Assembly: GCA_000002445.1 (NCBI GenBank)
Contig: CP000070.1
Coordinates: forward strand, 1,344,001-1,408,000
Direction of reading: 5' to 3'
DNA: 64,000 nt
From: Trypanosoma brucei
Lineage: Eukaryota
The position numbers were made by a program, and so were the translations under genes. The notes under the pieces were generated by a model. It was not told the origin of the DNA. It saw only the letters and a list, made by a program, of their open reading frames with translations, and did not search any database. Each line of letters opens with the position of its first letter. Positions within the stretch are counted from its first letter, which is position 1. Below are positions 42,329 to 51,553 of this stretch, one piece after another.

Positions 42329-43801
42329 ATGGCCAACTTTAATAAAGTCTCTAGGGCCAATGCCGTCTTGCAGCCAACAGCCCCGGCTACGAAATACGGC
42401 AACAATGGAAAGAATATAAGGTACCATGATGTCGAGAACTTAGGCGAACCATTCAATAATTGCAGGCAGCGGGGCTATGAACGGAACCATATCGCTCCGG
42501 CTCCGCCGGTTTTGGGAAGCGAAGTGAATTACTTCGACAACTCAGCGTCTCCAATGGTAAGTTCAGATCCCGGGGCGAGGCATTGGGGCGCGCGTAACTC
42601 CTATGACTCCCAGTGGGATAATACGTACAAGAGCAGTGGGGCTAGGGCCGCAGCCACAGCTGTCTTCGAGCAAATTGCAGCTGAGGAGCGAACAAGCGAC
42701 GGTACTCAGGACATGCATGGAGAAGTGGCTACAGAGAATTCAACCGAATATCAATCAGACGGATGTGCCGTGGTTGGACACTCCCGGAAGATCCTTAGCA
42801 GCACCGAAGAGTATGTATGTAGGAGGTACTCCGTCTCATCAATCCCGAGACTGGAGGCTTATGATTATTATGAGACGCGGAAAATTTCCCCCGAACGGGC
42901 CCCTCACTTCAGTGCAACAGCGGCACACTCAGATGTGAGAATGCGGAGCCCTAAACCGTCCGTTTCCAGCGGGGGGAAATCCTCGGATAGTATGTTACAG
43001 AGAAGGGGTGAGGCGAGTACATTTCCAAGGGTTGTGGCGAGGAAACTTGACCTGCATGCCACTGAGGAGTGCCAAGGATCGAGTGCTCACAAACAGCTGT
43101 CACCCATGAACGCCTTCGAAGTAGCCAACAAGGCAGAGCGTCAGTCACAAGTGGGACCAACTTGTCCACCCGTTTTAACGCCCTGTCCCTCACATAATAT
43201 GCGTAGGTCTGTTGCCGATGCATCCACGATGACCGAAGGTGTTTCTCGTGAGGCTGTCACTCGCGCGGTACACGGCAACAACTTGACAACGTTGCCTAAC
43301 GGTCATTATGATAATGAATATTTCAACGTTGGGAGGGGAGGGCCGAGATCATCTGCCAACGAATCTGTCGTCAGTCTTTCCACGGTCTCTAATTCCACTT
43401 TGAATCAGCGGCCAGATTCAACTGCATTTGGTGGGTATAGGAACCCAGTGGGCCAACACAATCATTACGTATCACCCAAGTTGTTCCATAACTCAGCCAC
43501 GCAAACGATGGCTTCGAGTGCAAGGCCACCTCTGACACCGCGGTTTAATGAAACACGTTCCCCACCAACAGCACCACCGTATGCCGGATGGGACAACAGT
43601 CCTGGTGGCAGTATGGATAGACCGGCACTAAACGGACGGCCAGCGAATGATGCGATGAGGGTGCCAAGAGTTGGTGCAGCTCCTCAGGAAGTGTGGGCGG
43701 CAAAGTTAAGGCAATTGGATAATGCATACTTGACGAATGGTAACGGCTGGGCCATTCTTCATGAGATTCGACTGTTGCTGGAGGGGCGAAATAGTCGCTA
43801 A
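42329..43801 (+). CDS. Hypothetical protein (~490 aa), low complexity, no recognised domain
   Basis: First ATG (42329) within ORF 42182..43801 on the transcribed strand. Rich in S/N/R/P. Unrecognised. Confidence 0.5.
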   Translation: MANFNKVSRANAVLQPTAPATKYGNNGKNIRYHDVENLGEPFNNCRQRGYERNHIAPAPPVLGSEVNYFDNSASPMVSSDPGARHWGARNSYDSQWDNTYKSSGARAAATAVFEQIAAEERTSDGTQDMHGEVATENSTEYQSDGCAVVGHSRKILSSTEEYVCRRYSVSSIPRLEAYDYYETRKISPERAPHFSATAAHSDVRMRSPKPSVSSGGKSSDSMLQRRGEASTFPRVVARKLDLHATEECQGSSAHKQLSPMNAFEVANKAERQSQVGPTCPPVLTPCPSHNMRRSVADASTMTEGVSREAVTRAVHGNNLTTLPNGHYDNEYFNVGRGGPRSSANESVVSLSTVSNSTLNQRPDSTAFGGYRNPVGQHNHYVSPKLFHNSATQTMASSARPPLTPRFNETRSPPTAPPYAGWDNSPGGSMDRPALNGRPANDAMRVPRVGAAPQEVWAAKLRQLDNAYLTNGNGWAILHEIRLLLEGRNSR

Positions 43802-45240
43802 GAACAAACTTGAAAGGTTCCATCCATTTCATGTACATTTTTGTTTATGCACTGTATTTACTACTATCCCAATTTTTATTGCTGTGATCTTGTACCATTT
43901 GTTAATATCAGCGTGTGTTTTGTTACTTTTATTGTTATTATTAATATAATATGGGGGCGCATATAGTTGTTTACATTCCCCTCTTTTGATTTCCCTCTCC
44001 AAATATGGCCCCTCATTTTTTGCTACCGATAAACGGAGCAACATATATATGTATACACATATATATGACCATGTCTGTCAACATTTATTTACTTGTGGGT
44101 AATGCATGAACTGACGAGGTTGACGATGGCAATTCGTGATGTGCTGAGTTGGCTAGTGTATTTTTTCACAGGTATACGTTTATTTAAATGTAAATAAATA
44201 AAACATACATATACCCCTTACAGGTGAGGGGTTAATGTATAGTCACTTGGGAGTGTATGTTTTTCAGTGTACGTTTCGTTATGACAGCTCAGTTCCCACA
44301 ACCCTGCCGATATTTGTGTACCAATATCTATATACGCAACGGAAAACGAAGCGAACGAATAAAAAAAGTCAAAGGTGATAGAAAGGATAGAGTTATAGTC
44401 AAAAAATAAACTTCAATCATAGGTACCATGGGCGTGGGTCGTTTGTTAGTCATTTGTACGCGGGGGAGCATAGCGTAGAGAGGAAGGGGAAAACGGAAGG
44501 TGCACGGACACTGAAAGTAAACAGCAACAACGTTGCAATGCACTAAAGCAAAGTTGTGGTGGAAAGCTATTCCTTTCTCTCTATCTGAAACGTATCTTAC
44601 TGTACGATACATTTAGGGGATGATGATGAGAGAGGGGATGGCTTTGCAATAATAGCACGTATATTTTAAAAAAAGGGCTGCTGAATAGGTATAAGGTGCC
44701 ACTGGGCGGTTTGTTAATGTGATAAAAAGGAGTATGTGAACGCGTGAATGTGAGGGAAGAAAATCGGAGGTATGGGGATGAACATGAGGGTGAAATGAGG
44801 TTGAGGAGGAGGGGGGAAGGCACCGAGATAAAATGAAAAGGGGTTTGTGTGAACAAATTCAGTATTGTAGTCAAACACTTTGTTCTTTCAATTTCACTAT
44901 ATTTCTTAGGCACCCCTCCTTCGGTTCTCAGTTGCCTCAACTCCTTCTTTATATTTGTTTTTTTTTTCAAACGCGTTGTGCGCTTTCCTTTTTTTTTGTT
45001 GTTTTATGGGTTTTTTCTTGTGCTTTCGTTATCGCCCTAAGTGACATAAGGTAGTCCTTTTTTAAAAATTTCTCTTTTGTATCATCTCAACTTTTTTTCA
45101 AAGCCAAGTTCTACCGTTGTTTTTGCCGCATTAGCAAGAAATAAAACGATTTATGTATGCTGTGTGGTCCGTGCGCGCCGTTCAATTTGTTTTATTTTAG
45201 CCTTGACAGGAATATCTCCTGGTTAATTGTACAGCTCGTC

Positions 45241-45450
45241 CCCTCCGACGCACCTCTCTCTCTCTCTGTACTTTCTGTGTGCTACCCATCATTATATTCC
45301 CTTTCCTTAATTTTTCTAGTCAGATTGTTAAAAATCCTCTGCCGTTGCCATTTTTTTTGTTTTCAAACTCCTCCTATCACCTTTCTTCTCCCTTTTGTTG
45401 AAATGTTTACTTTTTCCCTTTTCCACCCTTCTTCATGTGTTTTCTAACGC
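45241..45450 (+). promoter_or_regulatory. Extended CT-rich region upstream of the 45540 gene: candidate polyY/trans-splice region
   Basis: The 200-nt stretch is dominated by C/T (cctctctctctctctgtactttctgtgtgctaccc...ctttccttaatttttc...ccttttccacccttcttc). Confidence 0.35.
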
Positions 45451-45539
45451 CACCACGCTTAAAGGAGCCGACACACCCAATAAAAAGAGGGGGAGGGGGA
45501 GCGGTGCACACATCGAAGCATACAGCAGCTTAGATAAAT

Positions 45540-47732
45540 ATGGGCCATTGTTGTGCCACTCAAACGAAACAAGCGCGGCTCCTACCATCAAACAATGCAT
45601 CACTTAATGCTCCGGCTGAAGTTCCCGGAGGGTCATTAGCGGCACAAACGAGGCCATCGGATGGGCAAATTAACGCCCCTACCGGCGGGGCTTCCCATGG
45701 CGTGGCGGCGGAGAGCGCTTCATCCAAATTTACGGTGAGTCCGGTGATAGGGGACCAGTCGGATTACACAACAACGATTGGGTTAGAACGTCTTGTTCCC
45801 GTAAACCGTAAGTCTGGATCACAACTTCCAGTTAATGCACATCTACGGTTAGGTTCGGACAACAGAGCGGATAGCGTTTGTGTTTTTGACAATGGGGATG
45901 ACGACGGTCGTTTCTTGACAGCACGAAGCCCCTTGTTGCTTTCGTCAATGACGACACCACGAGTGAAGTTTGTGTCGGGGACTCCAGGTACTTTTGACAC
46001 CAATGGTGGGGCTCCACCATCAGGTAGAGGGTTTCAGTCGTGTCTAAGCAGCCAATGGGACGAGTCAGTGGGAAGCAACAAACTCAACTCCTGTCATAGT
46101 ATGGTGATGAATGAAAGTGTGAACAATAGCGTAGAGGCGTATTTTGGCAGTCTAACTGCGTGCGTTCCTCCAACGGAGGTGCCACCTTCGATGTTACCGT
46201 TAGTATCAATAACGGCGTCGTCCTCGTCTTCAACCGTGTCATCACCGTTTTCGTCACTGGCAGTGCACCGCAGGGAGCCGTCGTCATTATTCGTGAATGA
46301 CAAGTCTCCTGTACAGTCTTTGGGAGTTTCATCATTCGTGACGGCCCTGTCGCCGAGCGTATCACCGCGACCGTTGCATAATGAGGCACCCCCACAATCG
46401 CATGCGGACGCTTTAGGTGCACCAACAGCGACATCAGTAAGCCACTCAAGGGGGGATCTGTCACTTGGTACCGCTATAGCACCGTCAAGAGCAACGTCGC
46501 CATCATGTTACATGGAAAATGCGTCGTTTGCAACGGCCTTGTCACTATCTGAGTCACTACAAGCGTCGCATTCCGTATTATCTTCAGTTTCGTTCCCCGG
46601 TGTAGGGGTGCAATCAGCTGCGGCATTGATTCCTCACTCCAGAGGAACTTCTTCTTTTGCGTCTGCGGTTTCACCATCAGCAGCGGTGACAACTGCGCGC
46701 TCCGCGCGAACTACGCCGTCCTTTGTGGTGACCATCTTGCCGTCAGAGGCCACAACTACTCCGCGTATGGCATTTAAAAGTGCAAGGAGCAGTAACAAAA
46801 TTGGTTCCACTACAGTCACCGGTGGCGATTTGATGTCGTGTCGTAGTCTTTCTGAAATCAGCACCTCATTGAGTGACAAAATACATAATATGAGTGGAGA
46901 GGTAGCGAGGAGTGCTTCTGAGGCTCCACAGCGTCTTGTGGTGAGGAAACGCGTTACGTCTCTAACCAATATTTCTTCTTCTTCGTATTCGCGGTTAACG
47001 GAAAAAGAGCGTGCCAGCACTCAGGAAGGTGTGACAAATTCCCCGTTAATTATGGCTGAATCATTGCCGGACCAGACTAATGGTGTTGTTATTTCGCTCT
47101 CCCCACCGGAGGACCATTCCAGTATTTTTGGAGGCAACGGCGGCGGTGGCTCCAGGGAGGTGTCGTTCGTTAGTTCTTCACCTAAAGCGGAGGGGATGTG
47201 GGTTCAATCTGGTAAGCATGGCAAAAAAAAGGCGGGCACAGTGCTGAGTTTTTTTACCCCAGATCCGGCAGTTACGCAGTTGTCGGAACATGCTGCGAAT
47301 ACCTCTTTGACATCACATATGTTGACTCGACAAAAGCCCAAAATGCTTAGTTACTTCGGCAGGCATTCGGATCCTCCGTTCTCATCTGTGAATACATTAC
47401 GCCAACGGAACGTCATGGCACGGTCGGTAGGGGCGGTTGGAGGGTTAGGTACCCTTGACGCAAGTTATAAAAAGGTGTTGGGTGATACTCAGAAGTTGTT
47501 CTCGTCGTTACCTGCGCTACCCACATACACTAAGAGGGATCACATCCCACGGAGGCGAGTGTTTGATTTAGGAACCCCCGGTAGCGCGTCAAAATCGAGG
47601 AAAAGCCCCTCACCGGAAGGCTCACAAATGATTTCCCAGATGTCCAGTTCGATTAATGGTCATGCGGCCTCAGGTGTTTCATCACCCGACTCGAAGCACA
47701 AAGAGGACGGAAAGGCACACTGTCAATCATAA
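45540..47732 (+). CDS. Ser-rich hypothetical protein (730 aa) with a predicted N-terminal dual-acylation signal (MGHCC)
   Basis: ATG ORF. Begins MGHCCATQ, with Gly2 for N-myristoylation and adjacent Cys4/Cys5 for palmitoylation, as in trypanosome flagellar membrane proteins. Long S/T/A/V-rich low-complexity body. Confidence 0.6.
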   Translation: MGHCCATQTKQARLLPSNNASLNAPAEVPGGSLAAQTRPSDGQINAPTGGASHGVAAESASSKFTVSPVIGDQSDYTTTIGLERLVPVNRKSGSQLPVNAHLRLGSDNRADSVCVFDNGDDDGRFLTARSPLLLSSMTTPRVKFVSGTPGTFDTNGGAPPSGRGFQSCLSSQWDESVGSNKLNSCHSMVMNESVNNSVEAYFGSLTACVPPTEVPPSMLPLVSITASSSSSTVSSPFSSLAVHRREPSSLFVNDKSPVQSLGVSSFVTALSPSVSPRPLHNEAPPQSHADALGAPTATSVSHSRGDLSLGTAIAPSRATSPSCYMENASFATALSLSESLQASHSVLSSVSFPGVGVQSAAALIPHSRGTSSFASAVSPSAAVTTARSARTTPSFVVTILPSEATTTPRMAFKSARSSNKIGSTTVTGGDLMSCRSLSEISTSLSDKIHNMSGEVARSASEAPQRLVVRKRVTSLTNISSSSYSRLTEKERASTQEGVTNSPLIMAESLPDQTNGVVISLSPPEDHSSIFGGNGGGGSREVSFVSSSPKAEGMWVQSGKHGKKKAGTVLSFFTPDPAVTQLSEHAANTSLTSHMLTRQKPKMLSYFGRHSDPPFSSVNTLRQRNVMARSVGAVGGLGTLDASYKKVLGDTQKLFSSLPALPTYTKRDHIPRRRVFDLGTPGSASKSRKSPSPEGSQMISQMSSSINGHAASGVSSPDSKHKEDGKAHCQS

Positions 47733-48656
47733 GGAATAAAGTGCTGTTTGTTCCCTTTTATTATTATTGTTATTATTGTTATGGTGGATGATGTCAGCGT
47801 TTTGGTCTCATGGAAGCGTGCTGCGGAGATGTCGCTTTCCTTTGTCATTCGATCGGGCGTAGAGGTAAGGGAAGGGTAATGTAGGAGGAGGAGGAGGGGG
47901 GGGGGAACGGCGGTAAATGTGGACAAGAGGAAGTTGGCGAGTGGGTGGGAGAGGGGAAAAACAACAACAACAATCGTACACGTGTGGATGGCGCCGCGTT
48001 TGCCCATATGAATATTATTGCTGATTTCTTTTACAGCTGGTTGCATTGTCCCCTTCCCATTCACCTCCTTCTTCATTAACGCCTAATGCACGCATGTGTA
48101 TGAGAGGGCGTGCGTGTGTATTCAATACGGTGGTGGAGTGGTATAATGCTGATGGGTTGCCGGTCGAACTTTATTTCTAAATGCTGGTTTCTTTCATTTG
48201 CTTTTTGCGTCGTTTATTTGTATATATATTTGTGTGTGTATGTGTGTTAGACTTTACGTCTCGACGTTGTTTTTCCCACTTTCCTCAGAGGGCAAGATAT
48301 ATTCTTCTCTTTGTCATTACTTGAGACTAGGGAATTTAAAACAATCAGTGCTTGTCCACAAGTTTATTTTTTTTCTACTTTTGGATGCGTGTACTGTTCC
48401 CTCTCCCACATTAATTCACCAAGTATTGTACACATTGTGTCGGTTTTAACAAAGAAAAAAAATGACTGCTTCGTCCCATCCAGTTGTACACTGATTACTT
48501 TTATTAGGTGTCGGAGTAACTTCACCCTTTCCCCATTCACTTCTTCGCACATTTTCGCCCAATTTGTATCTTACCACTGTGGATTCCTCATCTCAAAACT
48601 TGATACAAACCGAACAAAATAATAATATAGAACAGTAGCTGAAGAGGACAAAGGGA

Positions 48657-49238
48657 ATGGGTACCACCGCCAGTACGGATTCCGCAGACTCACCATTTTC
48701 TGTACGGAGCGTGGACTCTTCTGGCGGTGGAGGGTGGCGGCAGGAGGATCCCGAAAGGTTTCGAAAGTACATGCATCTCAAGTCACAAGCGGATCAGTGG
48801 CGCCAACGGCACGGCCACACGCCGGGGGCCACAAGGGGCGAACTCACGAAGAACCTCATCGAAGAAGTGTACGAAGAGGATTTCGAGTCCGTGGATCATG
48901 TGCAGTCAATGCGGTTGCCACCCATGGTGCTGAAGGAGATGAAAGATGCCGTGGCGAATGAGGCGGAGAGGCGCTGTGCGGAGACTGAAAAGGTCATGGC
49001 GCGTTGCCTACAGGATAAAATGTGGACTTCGTGGAAGTGCCAGAAGGAGAGGGATGCACTTTATCAGTGTGTGGCAGATAGGAAAGAAGACAATGAACTC
49101 CTAATGGCGTACCGTTGGAAGTATAATTTGGGCACTTTCCATGGGGAACTGATTGGGCGCAACAATATGATGCGGCGCATATGGAAGGAGCATTTCCCTG
49201 ACCGTGATTTACCACACCCATGGGTAAAGGACGCTTAG
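48657..49238 (+). CDS. Twin Cx9C (CHCH-domain) protein with an N-myristoylation motif (MGTTAS); candidate NDUFB7/B18-like or Mic19-like intermembrane-space protein
   Basis: 193 aa. N-terminus MGTTASTD (Gly2, Ser6). CAETEKVMARC-x10-CQKERDALYQC is C-x9-C / 10-aa linker / C-x9-C. The second helix resembles NDUFB7 (CKQERHDWDYC). The overall MG...CHCH layout also matches CHCHD3/Mic19. Confidence 0.6.
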   Translation: MGTTASTDSADSPFSVRSVDSSGGGGWRQEDPERFRKYMHLKSQADQWRQRHGHTPGATRGELTKNLIEEVYEEDFESVDHVQSMRLPPMVLKEMKDAVANEAERRCAETEKVMARCLQDKMWTSWKCQKERDALYQCVADRKEDNELLMAYRWKYNLGTFHGELIGRNNMMRRIWKEHFPDRDLPHPWVKDA

Positions 49239-49861
49239 TAAAGACTTCGGTTCTTCAAGGTTGCCGACAACTGTTTGGTTAAACCCTTGTGCGTGTTTGC
49301 GAGGGAGGAAGACCAATGGGACTAACACTTGGCACACGACAAACTGGTTACTGGTGGGGCCCTTCTTTTGTGCGTACGGTTATGCGTCGTGTTTTGCTGT
49401 TAATGGTCGTATCGATATATTGTTTTAGTGTGGTTCTTCGGCCTTGTGTGATCGTTAGTCTCTACTTGTAGTTTAGGGGAGGCTGTCAAAAGAATAAAAT
49501 TACCTCTCACTTCTTAATGATACCCATATATATATATATACACTAATTTGTTTGCGTTTGTGAGTCACCAGTTCCTCTGTTGCTTAGGGTACTGTTCTTT
49601 TTCCTCCCTTCCCCTTTATCACATATTCGCACTTTTGTCTTTACTGCCGGATTCTTCGCTCTTTTGGGCTATTTGATCGATTTTGATGCCAGATGCGTGT
49701 TCGTGTTCTGTTTTTCGATTGTTAACAGCATTGAGGAGCGGAAAGTAACCAAGTTCACCTGTATAGGTGACGAGCACAAAAGGGGTTCGAGGTGGGGCGT
49801 AAAATCAAGTGATCCCGAGTAGGTTTTACTGTTGGTGTGCCTGCGTAACTTGCAGGTACCA

Positions 49862-50446
49862 ATGATTCAGATTATTGCGCCGAGGGGCCCCCTGCAGGAA
49901 ATGCTGCTGTTGGAATTGCAGGGCAAAGTTGTCATACCTCCCAAGTTACTGGAGGAGGAGCGGGAGAGGCAGAGAATTCCCAACAGCAGTGAAGAGGAAG
50001 TGAAGGCATGCTCTCAAGTTACTGGTGGGAAGAGGCTAAGGGAAGACGGTGAATGTGGCGTTAATGTTGATACCAATCAGGTGGTGGAGGTGCCGTTGGG
50101 CTGCGTAGTGTGGGACTCGCGCAATGAGACGCGCTGTTCGCTTCAAATTGGGACGGTTGAAGTCAGTGGCAGTTATGGGAAGAGACGAGAGCCCCTTCTT
50201 GTGTTGAAGCGCTGTGTTGTAGGGGACAAAACTGCTGATGCGGAAGGTGCGGTGGCATGTGAATACTCAGAATCGAGTGGTTCTCAGTGCTGTTTGCTAC
50301 AGGAATGGCTGCAAGAGCATCCCGAGGAACTCACATTGGATGCCACTGTGAGGGGCGCAACAGTCCCCAGAAAAGTGTACGAGCTGGTTGGTGTTGTGGA
50401 GCGTTACATTCACTTGAACTCAAAGCCCCTCCGTAGGTTCGTGTGA
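49862..50446 (+). CDS. Small protein (194 aa) resembling Ctf8 (chromosome transmission fidelity 8, Ctf18-RFC subunit)
   Basis: First ATG at 49862 (the ORF track start at 49832 is TTG). [21 protein letters not shown] parallels the human CHTF8 N-terminus [32 protein letters not shown]...[15 protein letters not shown] parallels LGDLHYTT...[39 protein letters not shown] parallels YLVTALIKDKILFKTRPKP. The human sequence is recalled from memory. Confidence 0.5.
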   Translation: [194 protein letters not shown]

Positions 50447-51553
50447 GTTTTTCTTCAAACGTGCAAAAAAAAAATGTGACAGCGCGCCCTCTTCCACTCA
50501 CAGGAGGCGGGAATTACGTTCCATTTTGTATTCTCCGTTCGGCGATGCTTCGGTCGTATTTGTTGAGTCCTGCATAGAGTGGGGAAGGGAGATGCAACAG
50601 GGAACAAAGGGCATGTGTGAAACCGTGTTTGTCTTACCCCTCGCTTCCGCTAATTCAAGTGTGCTAGTTGCCCGAAAGATTGGCAGAAACTTTCCAGCCA
50701 TTGTTAGCATTTGATAACCTTTCCGTCAGAAAAAAAAAAGACATTTCTTTTTGACGGTTGGTTGCCGAAGAAAAGTGTGAACCAAGTCTGGCCACGTTGT
50801 GGGACGGGGTTCTGCCGCATTCTTCTTTACGTACATCAGCAGGTTATATATGCCTTGGGCCCGAATGGAAAGCATACCAACAACCCAAATACCTTCCATT
50901 TGTGGATGTGCAGGTGCGTGGAAGGGAGCGAGGGTGTAATAACATTGTGGAAGGTTTGTTCGAGCACTCGTTCTTCACCTCTGCCAGTTTTTCCTTCCAC
51001 AGTTACATACCATTTGCTTCTTTCTCCTCCTTCCTCATTATTACTGTCACTGTCACTGCTACCACGGTAACGTTATTTACCTTGTTTTCAATTGCTTGTT
51101 TAAGCACTCACGCACGGAAGAAGGCCCAAACCGTCAGTGTGCGTGTGTGGTCTAAGTTCTACAAAAGTGCCGGTAGTGAGGGGTAGGTAAAACATATTTT
51201 TTTTTTTTTGGGGGGGGGGAGTAGCAGCCGAGCACCGGGTGTGTTGGAAGTGTAGGGACAGTGTGGCTAGTAGGCAAGTAGTAAGTTAGACATAGAATAA
51301 AAAGGGGTAAAACAAAGTGGAACACTAGCGCCATACACATTGTGTTGGGGAAAGTAGGACAAGGCTGGAGAAGCGAGACGCGAGTGGTGGGAACTATTAG
51401 GTTAGTGAGTGACTTTAGGAGTGTCTTCCGGGGAGAGAATACCTGGAAGCGTAGGGTCGATATAAAGAAGTTTAAATCCCCTTAGTTCGGCTAGTGAAGA
51501 GTAGGGAAAGTAATTTGAGGAGTCAGGGAAGCTTAGTGGAGGGGACTTGCTGC

